NCBI GenBank assembly: GCA_963806185.1 | Contig: CAWDXE010000007.1 | Span: 320,001-384,000, forward strand | Direction: 5' to 3' | Length of the DNA: 64,000 bases | From: an uncultured candidate division Zixibacteria bacterium | GTDB taxonomy: Bacteria > Zixibacteria > MSB-5A5 > GN15 > FEB-12 | Part shown: positions 29,070 to 38,298 of the stretch, piece after piece | Layout of the letters: each line of letters opens with the position of its first letter | How positions within the stretch are numbered: position 1 is the stretch's first letter | Notes under the pieces: generated by a model | Database searches by the model: none | What the model saw: only the letters and a program-made list of their open reading frames with translations | Told to the model about the DNA's origin: nothing | Position numbers and translations under genes: made by a program

Positions 29070-30107
29070 ATGACCGCAATCTTCATGGCGCTCATGGCGG
29101 CACTGCTCTTCGCGACCGCCACGCCGCTCAGTAAACTGCTGCTTGGGAACCTGTCGGCCTTCCAACTGGCCGGCCTGCTCTACCTTGGGGCGGCTCTCGG
29201 AGTTGGCCCGATGATCCTGCGGCGCGACCAACGTCTATCACTCTTCAGGATGAACCGCCGGAATCAGCGTCGGCTCATTGGCGCCGTGCTGCTCGGCGGC
29301 ATTGCGGGACCGGTCCTGCTCTTGTTCGGACTGGAACTTGCCTCGGCGGCATCCGTGTCACTCTGGTTGAACCTGGAGATGGTATTCACCGCACTTCTGG
29401 GTTGGCTGATCTTTCACGACCATGTTGGGCAGTATGGTTGGATTGGCATCGCAGGTACTGTCGCAGCGGGCGTTCTGCTTTCCATCGAACAGGGAACGAG
29501 CGGCGTTCTGGCTGGGTCACTCGTGGCTCTGGCTTGTCTCTGCTGGGGATTCGATAACCATTTTACCGCTCTTATCGACGGCATCAGCCCGGCCTACAGC
29601 ACGTTTGTGAAGGGGATCGTGGCAGGCACCGCAAATCTCGTGATTGGTGTTTTCGCCCAACCGCTGGTCGCGGGACCGAAGGACATAATCGGCGGATTGG
29701 TTCTGGGCAGTCTGGCGTATGGAATCAGCATCGCCTTGTACATCGGCGCCGCACAGAAACTCGGGGCGACGCGCGGCCAGTCACTATTCGCCACGGCGCC
29801 GTTTCTCGGCGTTGCGCTGTCTGTCATAATCCTGGGAGAGAGCCTGTCAGCTTTCCAGTTGGCGGCGAGTGCGATCCTGGTCGGCGCCCTGATTGTCATT
29901 TTTCGTGATAGACACGCCCATGAGCACGTTCATGAACCGTTGCAGCACGAACATTCTCATCGTCACGATGATCTGCATCATGACCATGAGCATGATGTTC
30001 CGATCACCGCCGGACTACAACACCGGCATTCTCATCAACACGCGGTCGTTCGGCATTCCCACCCACACTGGCCCGATCTCCATCACAGGCATTCGCACGG
30101 CATGTAA
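29070..30107 (+). CDS. DMT/EamA family transporter with His-rich C-terminal tail
   Basis: About 10 hydrophobic segments; AGLLYLGA and WGFDN motifs; tail with 23 His in about 64 aa. Confidence 0.9.
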   Translation: MTAIFMALMAALLFATATPLSKLLLGNLSAFQLAGLLYLGAALGVGPMILRRDQRLSLFRMNRRNQRRLIGAVLLGGIAGPVLLLFGLELASAASVSLWLNLEMVFTALLGWLIFHDHVGQYGWIGIAGTVAAGVLLSIEQGTSGVLAGSLVALACLCWGFDNHFTALIDGISPAYSTFVKGIVAGTANLVIGVFAQPLVAGPKDIIGGLVLGSLAYGISIALYIGAAQKLGATRGQSLFATAPFLGVALSVIILGESLSAFQLAASAILVGALIVIFRDRHAHEHVHEPLQHEHSHRHDDLHHDHEHDVPITAGLQHRHSHQHAVVRHSHPHWPDLHHRHSHGM

Positions 30108-30119
30108 TTACCGGCAATA

Positions 30120-30150
30120 GAAAAGGGACCTCCCTGTGGGGTCCCTTTTC
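30120..30150. terminator. Bidirectional intrinsic terminator
   Basis: gaaaagggacc...ggtcccttttc between convergent genes. Confidence 0.85.
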
Positions 30151-30179
30151 GCAGAGTGCCCGGATGTGCGAGCATTTCC

Positions 30180-31378
30180 TTATTTTCCTTTAATCGTTCC
30201 CTTCATGTGCCCGGCACCCAACTTTGACGGTGACTCGGAATGCTTCACCTTCATTCCGGGCGGGGCATCCTTCGGCGTCCGACCGTCATCATGACAATCA
30301 GCACACACCGGATCCGACTCAAACTTCCGTCCGGGATGGCACGATTCGCAATCCATATCTTTATGAGTTTCGTCAAGCTGCAGCCCGGTCACGGCATGCT
30401 GGAAGTTGTCCGGCGTCCAGCCCCGATGGCAATTGGCGCACATCTTGTTCAGTTTGGCGATCCGCTTGCCGGTCGGATGGCAGGTCCAGCAATCGAGCTG
30501 GTTATGATACGGATTGAGCGGCCAGCCGGTACTGCTGTGAGTGAAACCGGGCCGTTCTTTCGTGTCGTGGCACTTCCTGCATTCATCCTTGCCATGGCAG
30601 TCATTGCAGATGGCATGCACCTCTACTTGCGTTTTGGGCGGGGTCGTCCCCTTGAGGTCGTGGCAATGGCCGCAGTTTTCTGCTTTGTGGCAATCGACAC
30701 AGCGGAAGCCGAACAGATCGATATGCTCTTTATGCTGGAACGTTACCACCGGCCCCTGCTTGTACGGCGTCGTATAGACCCTCTTGCCCGGGACATTGAT
30801 CACCGGGTGGGACTTGCCCATGATGTCGGTCGGGTCGTGCGTGGTGTCGTCGAGCTTCCCTCCCGGCGTCGGGACGTGGCAGAGGACGCACTTAGTATCG
30901 TGGCTCCACTCCCGGTGGCAGGCCAGACACTGGCGATGATACGCGCCTTTGAGGTTCGGCTTGCGCAAGTCGGTCGATTCGGTCGACACGGAGTGGCAAT
31001 CTTTGCATGGCGGGATCTCGCCCCGGGGGACTGTAGTGGTGGCAGGTGGCACAGTCCTTGCCCATTTGAGCCATCCCGGCGTGCAGCTTGTGATTGAAAG
31101 TGCACCGGCTGATACAGATCGGCCAGATCGTCCAGCAGCATCGAATCGGGTGCATCTCCCAGAGCGTGTTGCGTGGCCCGATGTACCATCTGCGTGCGTG
31201 GGCACGACTTCAAGCAGGGTTCTCTGACAGTCGGTACGTCGCAGGTATGGCACTCCTTGCAGTTGATCGACGGCATGGCCGATTTAGCGCCGGCGGTCTG
31301 AGCGGACGCGATGGTCGCGGTCATCATGATCGCCAGCAGCAATATCGACGCTACCAATATGATCGGTCGGACTTTCAT
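30180..31378 (-). CDS. Periplasmic multiheme cytochrome c (cytochrome c3-like, 13 CxxCH), broken by two +1 frameshifts
   Basis: Joining ORFs 30800-31378, 30892-31155 and 30180-31253 at extra bases near 31098 and 31022 gives a signal peptide plus 13 CxxCH, about 398 aa. Confidence 0.88.
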
Positions 31379-32661
31379 GTCACTTGTCCCTCTGTATATG
31401 CAGCGGCGCGGCCATAACCGGCGGGTGCTGCTTCAATTCGCTCTTCCTGTACCGATATCACGGGGAAGGTCTTCACGAAGAACCGGTAGACCAGCACCAG
31501 CACGGCCACCAGCCCGAGCGTGACCGTGATTTCGAAGATTGACGGGAAATAGGTCTTCTCTGAATAAAGCGGGCGATAGGCCACGAGGAAGACGTTGATC
31601 CGGTTGAGCGCCACGCCCATGATAATGACCAGCGTCGCCGAGATGAACAACCCCTTGATCGATTTCCGAACCTTCGGTATCGACAGCATCACCAAGGGGA
31701 GAACGACGCCAAAGAGCATTTCGATTATCCACATCATTGACTGGAATGAGCCTTCAAAGACATATGGCCAGGCGTTGCGAATGGTGATATCCACCAATTT
31801 CGCGACCAGATACGCCCCGAGCAGGATGGGGGTGTAGCTGGCCAGTGACGAAAGGACCTTTGTCTCCGGTTTCAATTTGAATGACCGCGAAGCAAGGATC
31901 GACTCGAAGATGACCATCGGGAAGCCGACCGCGATCGCGGAGAGCAGGAACAACAGCGGCGACATCGGCGTGTACCAGAGCGGGTGCATCTTGGTCGGTG
32001 CGATCACCATCAGCGTGCCCAGCGACGACTGGTGCAGGCACGAGAGCACGACGCCGGCGATGATGAAGATGAAGATGAACCGGCTGAGAAACGTCTCGGC
32101 CAGCCCGCAGCATAGACTCGGACGATACCGGTTGAAATGCGCAGCGGACCCCGGACCAGTTCGACGCGCCCTTTGAATCGTTCGACCACGATCGGCAGGA
32201 ACTCGATGTAGAGCACGGTCAGGTAGACCATCACGCACATGCCGACTTCGAACAGCACCGAATTGCCCTGCCACATGCTGGGAAGCATCGGGTGCCAGAC
32301 GTTGTAGTAGCGACCCAGATCGGCCAGCAAGCCCGATGACGACGAAGGTGTAGCCCAGCATGGCGGTCAGCAGCGCCGGGCGCGTGATGACGTGATATCG
32401 TTCTTGTGGAAGATGTCGACCAGCGCAGCGGTGGTGAAACCGCCTGCGGCGAGCGCGACACCCGACGGCGACATCGACGGCGATCCAGATGCCCCACGGC
32501 CACTGGTCATCGAGGTTGGTCGCCGCCTCCAGCCCGAATACGAGCCGGTAGAGATAGCCGAGTATCCCCAGTCCGGCGATGATCGACACGATGATCGTCC
32601 CCTTGGTGAAGAAGGGCGTACTCATCGGCGTCGGTACTTCGTGATGTGCCTGCGACGTCAT
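31375..32661 (-). CDS. NrfD/HybB/HmcC-type quinol-interacting membrane subunit, with several compensating frameshifts
   Basis: WPWGIWIAVDV, DLGRYYN, SVLFEVGMC and LSCLHQSSLG motifs are spread over shifting frames. Confidence 0.88.
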   Translation of the reverse strand: MTSQAHHEVPTPMSTPFFTKGTIIVSIIAGLGILGYLYRLVFGLEAATNLDDQWPWGIWIAVDVAVGCRARRRRFHHRCAGRHLPQERYHVITRPALLTAMLGYTFVVIGLAGRSGSLLQRLAPDASQHVAGQFGAVRSRHVRDGLPDRALHRVPADRGRTIQRARRTGPGSAAHFNRYRPSLCCGLAETFLSRFIFIFIIAGVVLSCLHQSSLGTLMVIAPTKMHPLWYTPMSPLLFLLSAIAVGFPMVIFESILASRSFKLKPETKVLSSLASYTPILLGAYLVAKLVDITIRNAWPYVFEGSFQSMMWIIEMLFGVVLPLVMLSIPKVRKSIKGLFISATLVIIMGVALNRINVFLVAYRPLYSEKTYFPSIFEITVTLGLVAVLVLVYRFFVKTFPVISVQEERIEAAPAGYGRAAAYTEGQVT

Positions 32662-33571
32662 TCGTCACCCTCCTGCTTGTCTTTGCCTTCACGCTGGGTG
32701 TACATGATCAGCCCAAGTAAGCCATACAGCGCCAGCGGCGGGACGAATGACTTGAAGATGCCGTGCTGAATCGGCTCGGTGATGTCCGGCGGGACGAGGT
32801 CAGCCGCCAGTTTTGGGAGTTCCGTGTATTTAAAGTCGGCGGGGGCCAGGTACATCCAGCTTGTGCCGCCGGCTTCGGTCTCACCGTAGATGTGATCGAA
32901 ATATTTCTCGGGTGAGTTGAGGATACGACTGCGCGCCGATCTCGATGAGCGCTTCGCGCGTGCCGAAAGTCAACGCTTCGTTCGGACAGATTGACACACA
33001 GGCCGGCTTCTGATTCTCCTGTGTCACTCGCTCGAAGCAGAAAGTACACTTCATGACCTTCGGGTCGAGCGCGTTATCGTACTCGATACGCCGGAATCTG
33101 GAACGGGCAGGCCACCATGCAATACCGGCAGCCGATGCACTTCCACGCGTCGTACGTAACCGGGCCCTGCGGCTCTTTGCGCAGTGCCCCGACGATACAG
33201 GCGGAGACGCAGGCCGGACGGTTGCAGTGCATGCACTGTACCTTCATCGCGTATTTTTTATCGGGGATGGCCGGATCGGCAAACTGATTGACCACGGTGA
33301 AGGCGTCGCGGTCCGGACGGCGGTGTTTGTTGTATACCGTCTTGTCCTCGAATTCCGCCGGAGGACGAACGGGGAGTTTGTTTTGCAGGTTGCAGGCCAG
33401 TTCGCATTTGCGACAGCCGATGCAGACCACCGTATCAACCAGCACACCGATCGTATGGCTGCAGTCGATCGTATGGCCGGGATCCGTGTCCGAAGCAAGC
33501 ACTTTACTCGCGACCAGCGTGGCCGAGCCTGCCGCCGCCAGTTTGAAAAAGTCTCGTCGATTCACACCCAT
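32658..33571 (-). CDS. Tat-exported 4Fe-4S dicluster protein (HybA/HmcB-like), two +1 frameshifts
   Basis: NRRDFFK Tat signal; [32 protein letters not shown]; removing extra bases near 33085 and 32937 restores KCTFC...[16 protein letters not shown] and a C-terminal TM. Confidence 0.88.
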
Positions 33572-33621
33572 CTGTACCACCTTTGCCACCAAGACTTAAT
33601 TAGTCTTAGTTTCGGCAAATT

Positions 33622-33639
33622 CTGTGAAAAAATTCACAA
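33622..33639. promoter_or_regulatory. Rex operator-like palindrome
   Basis: CTGTGAA-AAAA-TTCACAA matches TTGTGAA-N4-TTCACAA at 13 of 14 positions, about 50 bp upstream of the Fe-S gene. Confidence 0.75.
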
Positions 33640-33668
33640 AATTTGTCGTGATTCCGCTTTGTGGAGAT

Positions 33669-33697
33669 AAACTACCATAATTGTCTTGGGGTGTCAA
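33669..33697 (-). promoter_or_regulatory. Sigma70 promoter of the Fe-S/NrfD/cytochrome operon
   Basis: TTGACA-N17-TAGTTT with an extended -10 TG. Confidence 0.65.
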
Positions 33698-33752
33698 GAG
33701 AATAACGACGATTTTCGATCTGAATCGGATTTCATCCCGACATTCTGTCTAA

Positions 33753-33771
33753 TATATTGTATACCAATATA
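33753..33771. promoter_or_regulatory. Palindromic transcription-factor site, GntR-family-like
   Basis: TATATTG-TATAC-CAATATA. Confidence 0.4.
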
Positions 33772-33914
33772 GTACAGTGAATGTCGCGCATCCTCCGGTG
33801 ACGTCATTTTCAACCTAAAGGGGCCCGAAAGTGAGTGGATTTCTGGCCTACTGCCGTAGCTCCGGGAATTGTCAATTGTGCAGAAATTCACCAAGATAGC
33901 ACCGAACTGTCCGG

Positions 33915-35105
33915 TTACGAGGAGCGGCGAACTTGACAAATATAGGACTTGAGGTATTCGGATTCCGGGAAATAGATCGATACCGGATGGTCAGCCGATT
34001 GACCGAGAGAGGCAAGCGTATGAAGCTGGACACCAGCCTGTTGGGAGGCCCGGCGAAGCGTGATCAATAAATCTTCGCGTTTGAAATGCTGAGAGCAGCT
34101 CGACGTGACCAGAAGGCCTCTGTCGCGCACCAGCCGGAGGGCCGCCCGGTTCAGGAAGTGGTAGGCCTTGCGCCCTGAGAAGAGATCCTTGGCCGTCTTG
34201 ATCAATGCCGGGGGATCGAGAATAACCATGTCGAATTCCGGCTGGTCGTGAGCGCCAAGCCAGGCGAATACGTCAGCCGCTTCAACACTCAGCCGACCTT
34301 CATCGATACCGTTTAGTCTTGCCTGACGGTGGCACAGTTCCAGGGCTGGCGCGGACGAGTCGACATTGAGGACGGACGTCGCTCCGCCCATGATCGCGGA
34401 GATGGAGGCCGAACCGGAGTAGGAGAAAAGATTGAGGACGCGCATGCCGTTGGCCAGGCGGCCGATCGCCAGACGCAGGTCTTTCTGATCGAGGAAGAAG
34501 CCGGTTTTCTGACCCTTCAACGGATCGGCAATGAAGCGCAACGAATGTTCGAGGAATTCAACCGGACCCGGATCAGCGCCGAAACGGACAGCCACCACCT
34601 GCTCGATTAGCTCGTCGTGACGGCTGGTGAGATCACTCCGCTCGACGATGGCACGGGGTTGGAATACTTCAAGCAACGCGGCCAGAATCTCCTCCCGCAA
34701 TCGGTCGAGGCCGGCCGTACCGCATTGCATGACCAGGACATCGCTGTATCGATCGACTACCAGCCCGGGAATATTGTCTGACTCGCCGAAGGCAACCCGA
34801 TAACCGGTGGTGCCGGTACCAGGCGCAAAACCGTTCAGTCGGCGCCGAGCGTCGGCCTCGCGCAGGCGATCAGCGAACCAGTGGCGGTCGAGCGTGACGT
34901 CGTTCCGGTCGAAAAGTCGGACAGCGATGGAGGAATGGGCGGCGTAAGTGCCAACACCGAGGTGCTGGCCATCGGACGAACAGACCGAAACGACCGAACC
35001 GTGCGCCATCTCCTTGGAGACGGGCTGGAGGGCGCCTGAGAATATCCAGGGGTGGCCGAGCTGGATGGAGATATCCTTGCCGGGGCGGAGGGTGACAATG
35101 GGCAC
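33915..35105 (-). CDS. rlmI: RlmI-like rRNA m5C methyltransferase (PUA + SAM domain)
   Basis: GHPWIFS, GQKTGFFLDQ, VLNLFSYSG, ILDPP and PESEYLK motifs; start reassigned to the GTG downstream of tRNA-Pro (396 aa). Confidence 0.88.
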   Translation of the reverse strand: MPIVTLRPGKDISIQLGHPWIFSGALQPVSKEMAHGSVVSVCSSDGQHLGVGTYAAHSSIAVRLFDRNDVTLDRHWFADRLREADARRRLNGFAPGTGTTGYRVAFGESDNIPGLVVDRYSDVLVMQCGTAGLDRLREEILAALLEVFQPRAIVERSDLTSRHDELIEQVVAVRFGADPGPVEFLEHSLRFIADPLKGQKTGFFLDQKDLRLAIGRLANGMRVLNLFSYSGSASISAIMGGATSVLNVDSSAPALELCHRQARLNGIDEGRLSVEAADVFAWLGAHDQPEFDMVILDPPALIKTAKDLFSGRKAYHFLNRAALRLVRDRGLLVTSSCSQHFKREDLLITLRRASQQAGVQLHTLASLGQSADHPVSIYFPESEYLKSYICQVRRSS

Positions 35106-35172
35106 CGGTGAGTCGGGGGTTGAATGTTGAACCGCGGATGGGATTTGAGTCCACAAGGCTCCAGGTGAAATA

Positions 35173-35246
35173 TCGGGGTGAGAGGATTTGAACCTCCGAC
35201 ATCTTGCTCCCAAAGCAAGCGCGCTACCAGGCTGCGCCACACCCCG
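35173..35246 (-). tRNA. tRNA-Pro(TGG), CCA not encoded
   Basis: CGGGGTGTGGCGCAGCCTGGTAGCGCG-CTTGC-TT-TGG-GA-GCAAG...GGTTCAAATCCTCTCACCCCGA. Confidence 0.97.
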
Positions 35247-35348
35247 ATTTACGGGGGGTATAATAGACTGCCTGGAACGATAAGTCAAGTTTGGGGGTTT
35301 AAGGCAGGATCGGTAAGCCTTGATTTCACAGGATTTTAGGTTAAATTC

Positions 35349-36389
35349 ATGGCCATGATGCGGGAAAATCTACTCGGCTACAGTGTCAAGCAGTTGGAGC
35401 AAGCCATGATTGTTCTCGGCGAACCTCCCTACAAAGGTCGCCAGGTATTCAAGTGGCTGTATAACACCCGTCAGTACGATTTTGACCTGATGACGAATCT
35501 CTCCAAAGAGCTCCGCACCCGTCTGGCGGAGAAATACACTTTCGATATGCTCAAGCTGACCAAAACTGCCAAATCGAAAGACGGAACCGAGAAGTACCTG
35601 TTTACGCTGCCGGACGGCCATCCGGTCGAGAGCGTGCTGATCCCGGACGAAGAACGAAAGACGCTCTGCATTTCATCACAGTCCGGCTGCGCCTTGGCCT
35701 GCAGCTTCTGTGCCACCGGAACGATGGGACTGCTGCGCAATCTGACCGTTGGTGAGATTATCGGTCAGCTCCTGTTTGTTCGCGAGAAGTACGGGGCGGA
35801 GGCGTACTCCAATATCGTCTTCATGGGAATGGGCGAGCCGCTGCACAATTTCGGCGCGATGGTTGACGCTATACGAATCATGAGCGATCCGATGGGGATG
35901 AAGATTTCCGCGAAGAAGATCACGGTTTCGACTTCGGGGATTACGCCGAAAATCGTCAAGCTTGCCGACACCGGCCTGAAAGCGAAACTGGCACTGTCTC
36001 TGCACGCGGCGACCCAGGAGAAGCGGGTGAAAATCATGCCGGTGGCCGAGACGTTTCACCTCGACAAGTTGATGGAGGCCGTTCGATACTATGCGGAGGC
36101 GACCGGGCAGCGCGTGACGTTTGAGTATATCCTCTTTGCCGGGTTCAATGACACGATGGACGACGTCAGAGCGCTGGCGAGGCTGATTCACGGTATTCCG
36201 TGCAAGATAAATATCCTCGCCTACAACCCGGTTCCGGGATTGCCCTACACGCGTCCCACCGACGACAAGGTAAATTGGTTTGGCGAGCAGTTGATGCCGC
36301 GCACGCCGGCAGTGACGGTGCGGCAGAGTCGGGGGCGTGATATCGACGCCGCCTGCGGACAATTGGCAGCAAAAGCACTTCACAGATAG
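35349..36389 (+). CDS. rlmN: 23S rRNA m2A2503 radical-SAM methyltransferase
   Basis: CISSQSGCALACSFC, FMGMGEP, SLHA and DIDAACGQL motifs. Confidence 0.97.
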   Translation: MAMMRENLLGYSVKQLEQAMIVLGEPPYKGRQVFKWLYNTRQYDFDLMTNLSKELRTRLAEKYTFDMLKLTKTAKSKDGTEKYLFTLPDGHPVESVLIPDEERKTLCISSQSGCALACSFCATGTMGLLRNLTVGEIIGQLLFVREKYGAEAYSNIVFMGMGEPLHNFGAMVDAIRIMSDPMGMKISAKKITVSTSGITPKIVKLADTGLKAKLALSLHAATQEKRVKIMPVAETFHLDKLMEAVRYYAEATGQRVTFEYILFAGFNDTMDDVRALARLIHGIPCKINILAYNPVPGLPYTRPTDDKVNWFGEQLMPRTPAVTVRQSRGRDIDAACGQLAAKALHR

Positions 36390-36400
36390 AAGGAGTCAGC

Positions 36401-37807
36401 ATGAAGGGCAAGATAGCGGGGATCGTTGGAACAGTCATGATCCTCTGGTCGGTCGCTGCATTCGCAGCGGATCCGTCGGAAATTACCGTCAGTGAAATCA
36501 AATTACCCGACCTGAACTGGGGCCTTCGTACGGCGAGTTTCGAGGTGACCAACAACACCGATTGGGTGAAGTTCCTGACGGTGGAGACGGAAGTCACGTT
36601 TACCGGTCATTATCTTAATCCGCGGCGCTACTCGCGGACCAATTATCCGCTGGAACCGCAGTTCACCAAGACACTGAATCCGGTGATCGATATCCCCGCC
36701 AATTTTGGCGAGGCGAAGCTGTATATTCGCATTTATGACATGGTCGACACGCTGGACGCGCTCAGCAGCGGCACCATGTTGTTTGAACAGCCCTTCACCC
36801 TCCAATTCCACCTTCCTTCAGGTATCTCGACCTACCTGGAGAACAAGATCAGTGTGCCGCCGCTGGCCGGAAACAGCCACATGTGGGACAACGAATTCAG
36901 CCGGGTGCTGGCGCTGCTTTTGAGGCGTCAGTTGACGGTACCGCAAATCGCTAAGATGGCGGAATGCGACTCCGCCCTTGTGGCCCGGATGGTGCAGCAG
37001 ATGACGGATTTGGGTTACATCATCAAGAGCGACAGCGGCTATCTGTTCAATTTCCCGATCATCTCGGCAGATGAAGCCGAGGAAGGTCGCTTGCTGGCCG
37101 ACAAGATTGCGAAGCGATTGGACGAGACCGTGACCGCAAATCTGAAGGCTTATCCGATGGTGCTCGACTCACTGCGCACCGCAGGCTCGATCGCCAAGGA
37201 CAGTAACGATTTTATGGGCGGCACGGCGGTCGCCTATTACCAGTATCCGGCAGTTGGTGGACTGGTATTGTGGTATACGCTGGGTCAACGGTTCATCACG
37301 CAGGGTGTTCCGATGGCAATCTACGCCGGGTCGGATCCCTGCAATGCCGCAACCCGTTTCTACATGTATCTCACCGAAGGGGGAGATCTGGTCAACGGTC
37401 ACCAGTACTTTTCGGTCGATCCGTCGGGGTATAAACTCGGTTTCTTCTTCGGAGATACGTATCCTAAATTCAATTGCGATAACGCGGTTGACGCGCCGGG
37501 TCAGCCACTCAAGCAGGGTGCGGGCTGGTCGTATGACAAGGAAATGATCCCGGAGATATTCGTTATCGACACCGCAGCTATCGCACCGGCCTATCGTGCG
37601 CTGCTTCGCAATACCGATCCCATCATGACCGACGCATTGAATGACCTGAAGACGATTGTCGACAAGTACGGGCACACCAAGAACACCCTGGGTATCCGGT
37701 ACTGGTTCTGGAATATGTGCGCCAGCAAGACGCTTGATCGGATGGTCAAGGAGGGGACGCTGGCGCGGCGAGGCAACGGGCAGTATAAGTTCTCGAGCAA
37801 CAAATGA
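36401..37807 (+). CDS. Exported hypothetical protein
   Basis: 468-aa ORF, RBS aaggag, signal peptide ending AFA. Confidence 0.75.
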   Translation: MKGKIAGIVGTVMILWSVAAFAADPSEITVSEIKLPDLNWGLRTASFEVTNNTDWVKFLTVETEVTFTGHYLNPRRYSRTNYPLEPQFTKTLNPVIDIPANFGEAKLYIRIYDMVDTLDALSSGTMLFEQPFTLQFHLPSGISTYLENKISVPPLAGNSHMWDNEFSRVLALLLRRQLTVPQIAKMAECDSALVARMVQQMTDLGYIIKSDSGYLFNFPIISADEAEEGRLLADKIAKRLDETVTANLKAYPMVLDSLRTAGSIAKDSNDFMGGTAVAYYQYPAVGGLVLWYTLGQRFITQGVPMAIYAGSDPCNAATRFYMYLTEGGDLVNGHQYFSVDPSGYKLGFFFGDTYPKFNCDNAVDAPGQPLKQGAGWSYDKEMIPEIFVIDTAAIAPAYRALLRNTDPIMTDALNDLKTIVDKYGHTKNTLGIRYWFWNMCASKTLDRMVKEGTLARRGNGQYKFSSNK

Positions 37808-38241
37808 AGGCACACAGAATCATTTTCGCAGGCGTCTTTGGATTGCTGGTCCTTGTATCGATGAGCTGCCGGCAGACCAGTCCTCCGCGCGACCAGATTC
37901 CGGCGCTGCGGGAGCGCCTCGCCAAAGTGCAGGAAGTCATCAAGGGTCGCAATCCGGCACAGGTGGATTCGCTCTTTTCGTCGCAAATTCGCCGGGAAGC
38001 GGGCATCATGGACTCGCTCTACCTGTTCGTCTACGGGGCAGATCTGCGGTTTCCGTTTTACCGGTTCGCGGACTATCAAATTGTCTACAACCAGGAGAAG
38101 GCGCGCATCGACTGCCTGCTCTCCGACAGTCTGGGCGAGCAGACCAGGCCGGTGACTCTGACTTTCGTTCTGGAAGGGAAGCGCTGGCAACTCAAACGCT
38201 GGGAGCCACGCGCAGACTCGATCAGCACCAGCACCGAGTAA
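37804..38241 (+). CDS. Hypothetical lipoprotein (possibly NTF2-like fold)
   Basis: Lipobox-like VSMSC; ATGA/TGA overlap with the upstream gene; ends TFVLEGKRWQL. Confidence 0.7.
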   Translation: MKAHRIIFAGVFGLLVLVSMSCRQTSPPRDQIPALRERLAKVQEVIKGRNPAQVDSLFSSQIRREAGIMDSLYLFVYGADLRFPFYRFADYQIVYNQEKARIDCLLSDSLGEQTRPVTLTFVLEGKRWQLKRWEPRADSISTSTE

Positions 38242-38245
38242 ATAG

Positions 38246-38277
38246 AAAAGAGCGCTCCGTGTCCGGGGCGCTCTCTT
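38246..38277. terminator. Bidirectional terminator
   Basis: agagcgctcc...ggggcgctct hairpin between convergent genes. Confidence 0.65.
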
Positions 38278-38298
38278 ACTATCCAATTACATTTTGTA

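Noticed and set aside
31020..33090. Programmed frameshifting or phase variation
   Set aside because: Too many sites, most not in long homopolymers or slippery heptamers; sequencing error is more parsimonious.
35106..35288. N-terminal extension of the 457-aa rlmI ORF
   Set aside because: It runs through tRNA-Pro; the GTG at 35105 gives a normal-length protein.
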